Shown here one piece after another: positions 16,295-25,981 of a DNA stretch of 64,000 nucleotides. Source of the DNA: Gemmatimonadales bacterium. Its GTDB lineage: Bacteria > Gemmatimonadota > Gemmatimonadetes > Gemmatimonadales > GWC2-71-9. Position 1 is the first letter of the stretch; each line of letters begins with the position of its first letter. The position numbers and the translations under genes are program-made. The DNA lies in NCBI GenBank assembly GCA_035278885.1, contig DATEIR010000068.1:4095-68094 (forward strand), in the 5' to 3' direction. Under the pieces are notes generated by a model. That model saw nothing but the letters and a program-made list of their open reading frames with translations. It had not been told where the DNA came from and ran no database searches.

Positions 16295-18610
16295 GTGTCA
16301 CCGATCCGTGCGTTCGCTCCGACCCTTCCGCTCCTGTTGGCCTGCGCCGCCCTGCAGGCGCAACAGCCGCCCGCTGACTCCTCCATGCTCACCCTCGACC
16401 GGATCTTCGCCTCGGCCGAGTTCCAGCCCGAGCGCCTGGGCGAGATTCGCTGGCTTCCCGACCGCCCGGCCTACCTCAAGCTCGAGGCCGACAGCGCAGA
16501 GGGCCCGGACGGCCCTCCGTCGCTGATTCGCTACGACGCCGCCACCGGCAAGCGGGACGTCCTGGTCCCCGCCGCACGCATGGTGGCGCCCGGCGACTCC
16601 GTCCCCCTGGACGTCGAAGACTACGACCTGGCCCCGGACGGCAAGCGGCTCCTGATCTTCACCAACTCCCGGAAGGTCTGGCGGCAGAACACCCGGGGCG
16701 ACTTCTACGACCTCGACCTCGGCACCTGGAAGCTCACCAGGCTCGGCGGGCCCGAGGCCAAGCCCTCGACCCTCATGTTCGCCAAGTTCTCCCCCGATGG
16801 GGGCCGGGTGGCCTACGTGCGGGAGAACAACCTGTACGTGGAGAACCTGGGCGACAACCACATCACCCAGCTCACCCGAGACGGCTCGCGCACCATCATC
16901 AACGGCACCTTCGACTGGGTTTACGAGGAGGAGCTGAGCCTGCGCGACGGCTTCCGCTGGAGTCCCGACGGGCGGCGGATCGCCTACTGGCAGCTCGACG
17001 CCTCGGGCGTGCGCGACTTCCTGCTGATCAACAACACCGACTCGCTCTACTCCTACACCATCCCGGTCCAGTACCCCAAGGCCGGCACCACCAACTCGGC
17101 CGGGCGTGTGGGCGTGGTGAGCGCCGACGGCGGCCCGACCGTCTGGCTCAAGGTGCCCGGCGACCCCCGCAACAACTACATCGCGCGGATGGAGTGGGCG
17201 GCGAGTCCGGGTGAGCTGGTGCTGCAGCACCTCAACCGGCTGCAGAACACCGACGACGTCATCCTGGCGAATGCGTCCACCGGCGACGTCCACACCGTGC
17301 TCAGCGAGCGCGACAGCGCCTGGGTAGATGTGGTGGACGACCTGCGCTGGATCGACCACGGTAAGAGCTTCACCTGGATCAGCGAGCGAGACGGGTGGCG
17401 GCACCTGTACGTGGTGTCGCGCGACGGGAAGAAGGTGCGGCTCGTCACCAAAGGCGCCTACGATCTGCACAATCCGCTGACCGCCTTCGGCGCAGGGCTG
17501 GTGACGGGCGTGGATTCGGCGCGCGGGCTGATCTACTTCACCGCCTCACCCGAGAACGCCACCCAGCTCTACCTCTACCGCACCCGGCTCGACGGCAAGG
17601 GCAAGGCCGAGCGGGTGACACCGAAGGATCAGCCCGGGTACCATCTGTATCAGATCTCGAGCGACGGGCGCTGGGCGCTGCACAGCTACTCGTCGTTCGG
17701 CGTGCCGCCGGTGGTGGACGTGGTGTCGCTCCCCGAGCACAAGGTGGTCCGCACCCTGGTGGAGAACCGGAGGCTCAAGGCCGCGGTCGCGCGCCTCGCG
17801 CGCGGGCCCAGCGGCTTCGTGAGGGTGGCCGCCGACAGCGGGCTCGCGCTCGACGCGTGGATCATCCGGCCGCCCGACTTCGACTCGACCAAGAAATACC
17901 CTCTCCTCTACAAGGTGTACGGCGAGCCCGCGGGTCAGACGGCGCTCGACCAGTGGAGCGGCGACTACCTCTGGCACCTGATGCTCGCGCAGCAGGGCTA
18001 CGTCGTGGCGTCGCTGGACAATCGCGGCACACCGGCACCTCGCGGCCGGGCCTTCCGGAAGGCGATCTATCAGAAGTTCGGGATCGTCAACGCGGGCGAC
18101 CAGGCGGCGGCGGCGCGCACCATGCGGAAGTGGTCCTGGGTGGACACCAGCAGGGTGGCGGTCTGGGGCTGGAGCGGCGGCGGCTCGATGACCCTGAACC
18201 TCATGTTCCGCTACCCCGATCTCTATCAGACGGGCATGGCGGTCGCTCCGGTGGCCGACGTGCGGCTGTACGACACCATCTATCAGGAGCGCTACCTCGG
18301 CCTGCCGCAGGAGAGCCCCGAGGTCTACCGCATCGGCTCTCCGCTCACCTACGCCGACAAGCTCCGGGGCCACCTGCTGGTCGTCCACGGCTCGGGCGAT
18401 GACAACGTGCACTACCAGGGCACCGAGCGCCTGGTCAACGCGCTGGTGGCGGCCAACCGGACCTTCACCATGATGGAATATCCCAACCGGACCCACTGCA
18501 TCTGCGAGGGCCCGGGGACGACGCTGCATCTGTATTCGTTGCTGACGAGATATCTGGAGCAGAACGTGGCGCCGGGGGCGCGAGGCGTGGCGGCGGCGGC
18601 GTCGCACTAG
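16295..18610 (+). CDS. Dipeptidyl-peptidase IV-type serine peptidase (S9B family)
   Basis: Signal peptide; DPP-IV N-terminal propeller strings (NGTFDWVYEEEL, RIAYWQLD); catalytic GWSGGGSM nucleophile elbow; C-terminal HGSGDDNVH. Confidence 0.9.
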   Translation: MSPIRAFAPTLPLLLACAALQAQQPPADSSMLTLDRIFASAEFQPERLGEIRWLPDRPAYLKLEADSAEGPDGPPSLIRYDAATGKRDVLVPAARMVAPGDSVPLDVEDYDLAPDGKRLLIFTNSRKVWRQNTRGDFYDLDLGTWKLTRLGGPEAKPSTLMFAKFSPDGGRVAYVRENNLYVENLGDNHITQLTRDGSRTIINGTFDWVYEEELSLRDGFRWSPDGRRIAYWQLDASGVRDFLLINNTDSLYSYTIPVQYPKAGTTNSAGRVGVVSADGGPTVWLKVPGDPRNNYIARMEWAASPGELVLQHLNRLQNTDDVILANASTGDVHTVLSERDSAWVDVVDDLRWIDHGKSFTWISERDGWRHLYVVSRDGKKVRLVTKGAYDLHNPLTAFGAGLVTGVDSARGLIYFTASPENATQLYLYRTRLDGKGKAERVTPKDQPGYHLYQISSDGRWALHSYSSFGVPPVVDVVSLPEHKVVRTLVENRRLKAAVARLARGPSGFVRVAADSGLALDAWIIRPPDFDSTKKYPLLYKVYGEPAGQTALDQWSGDYLWHLMLAQQGYVVASLDNRGTPAPRGRAFRKAIYQKFGIVNAGDQAAAARTMRKWSWVDTSRVAVWGWSGGGSMTLNLMFRYPDLYQTGMAVAPVADVRLYDTIYQERYLGLPQESPEVYRIGSPLTYADKLRGHLLVVHGSGDDNVHYQGTERLVNALVAANRTFTMMEYPNRTHCICEGPGTTLHLYSLLTRYLEQNVAPGARGVAAAASH

Positions 18611-18626
18611 GAGGGGAAGGAGAGCC

Positions 18627-18706
18627 GGGAAGAGCGAAGGGCGAAAGGCGAAGGGGCGCTACGATGAGCTTCTCGCGCGCCCCTTCGCCTTTCGCCCTTC
18701 CCGCTC
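18627..18706. repeat. Palindromic GGCGAAG-heptamer element (element A), a probable bidirectional terminator hairpin
   Basis: Perfect 24-bp stem GAAGGGCGAAAGGCGAAGGGGCGC (18636..18659) pairs with its complement at 18677..18700 across a 17-nt loop. It lies between convergent stops (18610 and 18728). It is related to the element at 38511..38611. Confidence 0.75.
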
Positions 18707-18727
18707 GCCTAACCTCCCCGGCCCCCC

Positions 18728-20214
<1,487 letters not shown>

Positions 20215-20218
<4 letters not shown>

Positions 20219-21258
20219 CGGCTGGCGACCTTTCGGCGCGAGGTCCGGGATGCGACGGCGCCCTCCGGCGGCGCCGTGGTGGCGCGGACCAGCAGGCTCG
20301 GCGACATGACGAGGGTGCGCCGGGCGGAGCGACGCTGCTCCAGGCGCTCGAGCAGCAGGTCGGCCGCGCTCCGGCCCATGGCGTTCCGGGGCTGATCGAT
20401 GGTGGTGAGGCCGATGTGGCCGAGGGCGGCGAGGGCGGTGTTGTCGTAGCCGACCAGGGAGACATCGTTGGGCACGCGGAGCCCGCTCCGGGTCAACGCA
20501 TCGAGGGCGCCGATGGCACTGAGGTCGTTGGCGGCGAAGATCGCGCTGGGGCGGGGGCCCCGTCCGAGCAGGGCCGCGACCGCGGCCGCGCCGCCTTCCT
20601 CGGTGTAGTCCCCCCGCACCACCCGCGCCTCCCGGCCGAGCCCGTGCCGCCGCATGGCCGTGAGATAGCCCTGCCGCCGCCCCTGGGCGCCGGCGCCGCG
20701 GCCGCCGTCGATGTGGGCGACCCGCCGGTGCCCCAGCTCGAGCAGGTGCTCGACGGCGAGGGTGGCGCCGGCCTCGTCGTCGTTGGTCACACAGTCCACC
20801 CGGGGCGCGGCGAGGACGCGGGAGACCAGCACCACGGGCACCGTGCGGCTGGCCTCCACGATCCGGGCGGACGGGAGCACCGGTCCCGCCAGGATCAGCG
20901 CGTCCATCCGGAGCTCGAGCAGGCTCTCGATCGCTTCGGACTCGCGCTCGGGATCGCGGCTGCCCGTGGTCACCATGGTGCGGTACCCCCGCTCGGCCGC
21001 CCGGGCGGCGATCCCGTCGAACACTTCGGCGAAGTAGGCGTTGTGCAGGTCCGAGAGCATCACGCCGAGCACGTTGGTGCGGCGGCGGACGAGACTCCGG
21101 GCGACGGCGTTGGGCCGGTAGTCGAGCGCGGCGACGGCGGCGAGCACCGCGCGCCGCTTGGCGTCGCTCACCGAGGGCGCGTTGCGGAGCACCAGCGACA
21201 CGAGCGACTTGGAGACGCCGGCACGGGCTGCGATGTCGAGAATGGTGGGCTGGCCCAC
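20215..21258 (-). CDS. LacI family transcriptional repressor (candidate iol regulator)
   Basis: N-terminal [25 protein letters not shown]...[10 protein letters not shown] followed by a periplasmic-binding-like sugar domain. Confidence 0.9.
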
Positions 21259-21297
21259 GCGCCGCTCCGGCTGACGAGGAGGGACGAAATATGGTGC

Positions 21298-21326
21298 TTG
21301 ACAGCGCCGAACGCGCGCCGTATCTA
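21298..21326 (+). promoter_or_regulatory. Sigma70-like promoter candidate for the iolG operon
   Basis: TTGACA (21298..21303), a 17-nt spacer, then TATCTA (21321..21326). Identified by eye only. Confidence 0.45.
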
Positions 21327-21338
21327 TGAAACTATCGC

Positions 21339-21372
21339 TTGGAACGTTCCAAAAGCAAGGTGGAACGTTCCA
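21339..21372. promoter_or_regulatory. Two tandem palindromic operator candidates (LacI-family type)
   Basis: TTGGAACGTTCCAA (21339..21352) is a perfect 14-bp palindrome and TGGAACGTTCCA (21361..21372) is a perfect 12-bp palindrome. Their centres are 21 bp apart. They lie just downstream of the promoter candidate, in the divergent LacI/iolG intergenic region. Confidence 0.6.
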
Positions 21373-21395
21373 ACGCCCTCCAGGAGAGACCCCCA

Positions 21396-22391
21396 GTGCG
21401 TATCGGCGTCATCGGTGTCGGCCGGATCGGCTCGTTCCACGCTGGCGTCCTCCGGGCCCAGCCCGGGGTGCGGCAGGTGCTGCTGCTCGACGCGGACGAG
21501 GCCCGCGCCGCCGCGGTGGCCGCGGAGCACGGCGTCGGGGTCGCGCCCTCGCTCGACGCCCTGCTCGCGGCGTCGGACGCGGTGGTCATCACCACCCCGA
21601 CGGCGACCCACGCGGACCTGCTGTACCAGGTCGCCGAGGCAGGGCGGCCCACCTTCTGCGAAAAGCCGATCACCGTCGATCTCGCCTCCACCGAGGCGGT
21701 CATCCGCCACATTCGCGGCCGGAAGGCCGTCGTCCAGATGGGATTCCAGCGCCGGTTCGATCCGGGCTACCGGCGGGTCCAGGAGATGGTGAGCAGCGGC
21801 GCGCTGGGCCGGCTCTACGTCGTGCGCATGTCGGGCCACGATCCCAATCCGCCGCACGAGGAATACATCCCCGGCTCCGGGGGGATCTTCCGCGACCTGC
21901 ACATTCACGACTTCGACATCGCCCGTTTCGTGACCGGGCAGGAGGTCACCGAGGTCTACGCCGACGGCGATCTCTCCGGCTTCGAGGCCTTCGGCCGCTA
22001 TGGCGACGTGGCGACCGCGGTCGCGACGCTCCGGTTCAGCGGCGGCACCCTGGGCATCCTCTCCGGCACCCGGCACAATCCGCTGGGCTACGACATCCGG
22101 CTCGAGGCGTTCGGCTCGGGGGACAGCGTCGCGGCCGGCTGGGACGCGCGGACGCCGCTGCGCTCCGTCGAGCCGGACGGCCTGCCCGCTCCGGTCAGCC
22201 CCTACAGCTTCTTCCTCGATCGCTTCGGTCCGGCCTACCGGGCCGAGCTGGAGGCGTTCCTGGAGGTGGTGGCGGGGCGGCGCCCGAACCCCTGCCCGCC
22301 GGAGGAGGCCCGTGAGGCGATCCGGGTCGCGATGGCCTGCGATCTCTCCCGGGAGCAGCATCGGCCCGTCCGGGTGGCGGAGGTGGGATGA
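21396..22391 (+). CDS. iolG: Gfo/Idh/MocA oxidoreductase, probable myo-inositol 2-dehydrogenase
   Basis: GGAGAG then the GTG at 21396. Matching strings are RIGVIGVGRIG, FCEKP, MGFQRRFDPGY and HIHDFD, which parallel B. subtilis IolG motifs. It is the first gene of the iol string. Confidence 0.75.
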   Translation: MRIGVIGVGRIGSFHAGVLRAQPGVRQVLLLDADEARAAAVAAEHGVGVAPSLDALLAASDAVVITTPTATHADLLYQVAEAGRPTFCEKPITVDLASTEAVIRHIRGRKAVVQMGFQRRFDPGYRRVQEMVSSGALGRLYVVRMSGHDPNPPHEEYIPGSGGIFRDLHIHDFDIARFVTGQEVTEVYADGDLSGFEAFGRYGDVATAVATLRFSGGTLGILSGTRHNPLGYDIRLEAFGSGDSVAAGWDARTPLRSVEPDGLPAPVSPYSFFLDRFGPAYRAELEAFLEVVAGRRPNPCPPEEAREAIRVAMACDLSREQHRPVRVAEVG

Positions 22392-23293
22392 TCCGCCGTG
22401 CCGCCCGGGTGGCCGGGGCGCCCATCACCTGGGGGGTCTGCGAGGTGCCCGGCTGGGGTTGCCAGCTCGGGTGCGATCGGGTGCTGGAGGAAGCCACCAG
22501 CCTGGGCCTCCAGGCCATCGAGCTGGGGCCCCGGGGGTTTCTGCCGGACGACCCCGGCGAGGTGAAGCGCAGCCTCGCGCCGCATCGGCTGGAGCTCGCC
22601 GCCGGCTTCGTCCCGGCGGTGCTGCACCGCAGGGAGCCGCGCGAGGAAGTCCTGCGGGAGACGGCCGCCGCGGCCGACACCCTGGCCGGCGCCGGCGCGA
22701 CGGTGATGGTGCTGGCGGCGGAGCTGGGGAACGGCGGCTACGAGCGCTCCGCCGAGCTGTCCACCACGGAGTGGGCGACGCTGCTGGATGGCCTGGATCG
22801 CCTTCGGGACATCGGCGCGGCCCGGAATCTGGAGGTCGTGCTGCACCCGCACTACGGGACCGCCGTCGCGAGCGCCGAACAGGTGCAGCGGGTGCTCTCC
22901 CGCACCGATGTCCCGCTCTGCCTGGATACGGGGCACCTGATGGTGAGCGGGGCCGATCCGCTCGAGATCACGCAGGCGGCAGACGGCCGGATCGGGCACG
23001 TGCACCTGAAGGACGTGGACGCCGCGCTGGCGGAGCGGGTGCGCCGAGGGGAGCTGGGCTATCGCGAGGCCGTGGCCGTGGGCCTCTACCGTCCGCTGGG
23101 CGAAGGCGACGCCCAGATCGGCCGCGTGCTCGCCCGGCTCGAAGGGCGGGGGTACGCCGGCTGGTACGTGCTGGAGCAGGACGTGGTGCTCGACCAGGTG
23201 CCGCAGCCGGGCGAGGGCCCGGTGGCGTCGGCCAGGCAAAGCCTCGACTACTTCCACAGGACCATAGACGAGTGCCGGCTTTCGACGTCCTGA
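22388..23293 (+). CDS. iolE: Xylose-isomerase-like TIM-barrel protein, probable inosose dehydratase
   Basis: APITWGV..., VLHPHYGTAV, LDTGHLMVSG, GHVHLKD and GYAGWYVLEQD align with IolE motifs recalled from B. subtilis. There is a 4-nt overlap with iolG. Confidence 0.7.
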   Translation: MIRRAARVAGAPITWGVCEVPGWGCQLGCDRVLEEATSLGLQAIELGPRGFLPDDPGEVKRSLAPHRLELAAGFVPAVLHRREPREEVLRETAAAADTLAGAGATVMVLAAELGNGGYERSAELSTTEWATLLDGLDRLRDIGAARNLEVVLHPHYGTAVASAEQVQRVLSRTDVPLCLDTGHLMVSGADPLEITQAADGRIGHVHLKDVDAALAERVRRGELGYREAVAVGLYRPLGEGDAQIGRVLARLEGRGYAGWYVLEQDVVLDQVPQPGEGPVASARQSLDYFHRTIDECRLSTS

Positions 23294-24243
23294 CGATGGG
23301 GCGGGTCAGCGTGGACCTCTACCCCGAGCAGAGCGGGGTGCCGCTCGCGGGGGTGCGGAGCTTCGCCAAGTCGCTGGGCGGCAGCCCCACGAACGTGGCG
23401 GTGGCGGCGGCGCGGCTGGGGCGCAGCGCCGCGGTGATCACCAAGGTCGGCAACGACGGCTTCGGTCCGTACGTGCGGAGCGCGCTTGGCGGCTTCGGCG
23501 TCGATCCTCGCTACGTCGGCGTCGACGCCACGCTCCGGACGCCGGTCGTCTTCTGCGAGCTGTTCCCGCCCGACCGCTTTCCGCTCCTCTTTTACCGCCA
23601 GCCCAGCGCGCCCGACATGCAGCTGCGCCTGGCGGAGCTGGACCTCGACGCGATCGCGGGGTCCGGGGTGTTCTGGACCACGGGCACCGGCCTTTCCGAC
23701 GAGCCCAGCCGGACCGCGACCCTGGGCGCGCTCGAGGCCCGCGCCCGCGCGCGGATCACGATCCACGACCTCGACTTCAGGCCCACGCTGTGGCGCGAGC
23801 CGGAGAGCGCCGGGCCCTATCAGCGGAGCGCGCTGCGGTACGCCACGGTCGCGGTGGGCAACGAAGAGGAAGCGGCGGTGGCCGTCGGCGAAGGAGCGCC
23901 CGAGGTGCTGGCCAGGAGGCTGCTGAAGCACGGGCCCGAGCTCGCGGTGGTGAAGCTGGGGGAGCACGGCGTGGTGGTCGCGTGGGCGGACGAGGTCGTC
24001 CGCATCCCCGCGGTGCGGGTCACCGTGGTGAACGCGCTCGGCGCCGGCGACGCGTTCGGCGGCGCGCTGTGCCACGCGCTCCTCGGTGGATGGGAGCCGC
24101 CACGCGCCGTGGCCTTCGCCGCGGCCGCGGGGGCCCACGTGGCCGCCCGGCTCGCCTGCGCGGACGCCATGCCCAGCGTGGACGAGGTCAACGCCTTACT
24201 CGATTCGGGCCGGGAGCTGCCGGCCAGGAGCCAGGCATGCTGA
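23272..24243 (+). CDS. iolC: 5-dehydro-2-deoxygluconokinase (PfkB family)
   Basis: GTG at 23272, in-frame within ORF 22000..24243. The strings FDVLTMGRVSVDLYPEQ, GGSPTNVAV and GAGDAFGGAL are typical of IolC/PfkB kinases. Confidence 0.85.
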   Translation: MPAFDVLTMGRVSVDLYPEQSGVPLAGVRSFAKSLGGSPTNVAVAAARLGRSAAVITKVGNDGFGPYVRSALGGFGVDPRYVGVDATLRTPVVFCELFPPDRFPLLFYRQPSAPDMQLRLAELDLDAIAGSGVFWTTGTGLSDEPSRTATLGALEARARARITIHDLDFRPTLWREPESAGPYQRSALRYATVAVGNEEEAAVAVGEGAPEVLARRLLKHGPELAVVKLGEHGVVVAWADEVVRIPAVRVTVVNALGAGDAFGGALCHALLGGWEPPRAVAFAAAAGAHVAARLACADAMPSVDEVNALLDSGRELPARSQAC

Positions 24244-25124
24244 TCGACGAGCGCCGCTACCTCGAGCTGCTGGAGGCGCGGGCCCGTTCTCCCGAGCGCA
24301 TCGCGGCCGCGGCGTCGGCCCGCAAGCGCCGGCCGTTCCTGGCCGACGATGGCCGCGTGTGCATCATCGCCGCGGATCACCCCGCCCGGGCGGCGCTCAA
24401 GGTCGGCAGCGACGCGCTCGCGATGGCCAACCGGCGGGACCTGCTGGAGCGCCTGCTGGTGGCGCTGCAGCAGCCCGGAGTGGACGGCGTGCTGGCCGCG
24501 CCCGACGTCATGGAAGATCTCCTCCTCCTCGGCGCGCTCGACCAGCGGATCGCGATCGGCTCGCTGAACCGGGGCGGCCTGCCCGGCGCGGTCTGGGAGC
24601 TCGACGACCGGTTCACCGCGTACGACCCAGTCTCGGTGAAACGGGCGGGCCTGGACGGCGGGAAGATGCTGCTCCGGCTGGCGCTCAACGACGCGGGCAC
24701 GCTGCCGACGCTGGAGAGCTGCGCCCGCGCGATCGACGGGCTGGCCGAGCAGCGGCTGCTCGCCATGGTGGAGCCGCTGCCGGCCACGCGCGAAGCCGAC
24801 GGCACCGTGCGGATCTCCAAGGAGCCGGACGACCTCATCAAGGTGATCAGCGTCGCGTCGGGGCTCGGCAACACCTCCGCCTACACCTGGCTCAAGGTGC
24901 ACGTCACCCAGGACATGGAGCGCGTCCTCTCCGCGACCACGCTGCCCACGCTCCTGCTGGGGGGCGATCCGGGCAATCGCCCGGCCGAGGTGTTCGACGG
25001 GTGGCGGCGCGCCTTGCGCCTGCCGCAGGTGCGCGGGCTGGTGGCGGGGCGGGCCCTGCTCTATCCGCCCGACGGGAACGTGGCCGCGGCGGTGGCGGCG
25101 GCGGCCGAGCTGGTGCACGGATGA
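24237..25124 (+). CDS. DeoC/LacD-type (beta/alpha)8 aldolase-like protein, candidate 5-dehydro-2-deoxyphosphogluconate aldolase (IolJ analogue)
   Basis: ATG at 24237, in-frame within ORF 23790..25124 and overlapping the iolC stop. It has the pattern of the aldolase-like proteins that follow iolC in high-GC iol clusters (IIAADHPARAAL...GVDGVLA...AMVEPLP). The function is assigned by context. Confidence 0.6.
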   Translation: MLIDERRYLELLEARARSPERIAAAASARKRRPFLADDGRVCIIAADHPARAALKVGSDALAMANRRDLLERLLVALQQPGVDGVLAAPDVMEDLLLLGALDQRIAIGSLNRGGLPGAVWELDDRFTAYDPVSVKRAGLDGGKMLLRLALNDAGTLPTLESCARAIDGLAEQRLLAMVEPLPATREADGTVRISKEPDDLIKVISVASGLGNTSAYTWLKVHVTQDMERVLSATTLPTLLLGGDPGNRPAEVFDGWRRALRLPQVRGLVAGRALLYPPDGNVAAAVAAAAELVHG

Positions 25125-25981
25125 GCTCGATGCTCCACTGGCCCGCGGGCGCGGCGACGGACGGCGGGGACCCCGTCTGCGTCACGCCGCGGCTGGCCGG
25201 ATGGCGATACACGGGGCTCCACGTCATCCGGCTGGAGGCGGGGGTGCGGCGGAGGGTCGGCACCGGACAGCGGGAGATGCTGGTGCTTCCGCTCTCCGGT
25301 CGCTGCCGGGTGGAGGTGAACGGCCGCAGCTTCGAGCTGACCGGCCGGGCCGACGTGTTCGCCGGGAGCACCGACTTCGCCTACCTGCCGGTGGAGGCCG
25401 AGGCGACCATCACGGGCAGCGGCGAGTTCGCGCTTCCGTGGGCCGAAGCCGGCACTCGGCGCGAGGCGGCCTACTACCCGGTCGAGCCGGCGGCGACCGA
25501 GGTGCGCGGCGCCGGACGGGCGACCCGCCGCATCCACAATCTGTTCGTCGCGGGCTCCTCGACGGCGGAGCGGCTCGTCGTGGTCGAGGTGCTCACACCG
25601 CCGGGCAACTGGTCCTCCTACCCGCCGCACAAACATGACGACGCTGCCGTGCCGGGCGAGGCGATGCTGGAGGAGATCTACTACTTCAGGATCCAGGGTC
25701 CCGGCGGCTTCGGCGTCCATCGCACCTACACCGGCGACCGATCGCTCGACGAGACGGTCCTGGTACATGACGGCGACGTGTTCCTGGTACCGCGGGGCTA
25801 TCATGGCCCGTGCGCCGCGCCGCCCGATTTCCCCATGTATTACCTCAACGTGCTGGCCGGGCCGGCGACCACGCGCTCGCTCGGCTTTACCGACGACCCG
25901 GCGTACGCCTGGATCCGCGGCACCTGGGCAGGCCAAGGCCCCGATCCCCGCGTCGCGTTGGCGGCGGACGCGGCGCGATGA
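25121..25981 (+). CDS. iolB: 5-deoxy-glucuronate isomerase
   Basis: ATGA overlap with the previous stop. IolB signature strings are GNWSSYPPHKHD, EEIYYFR, VPRGYHGP and YYLNVLAG. Confidence 0.9.
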   Translation: MSSMLHWPAGAATDGGDPVCVTPRLAGWRYTGLHVIRLEAGVRRRVGTGQREMLVLPLSGRCRVEVNGRSFELTGRADVFAGSTDFAYLPVEAEATITGSGEFALPWAEAGTRREAAYYPVEPAATEVRGAGRATRRIHNLFVAGSSTAERLVVVEVLTPPGNWSSYPPHKHDDAAVPGEAMLEEIYYFRIQGPGGFGVHRTYTGDRSLDETVLVHDGDVFLVPRGYHGPCAAPPDFPMYYLNVLAGPATTRSLGFTDDPAYAWIRGTWAGQGPDPRVALAADAAR

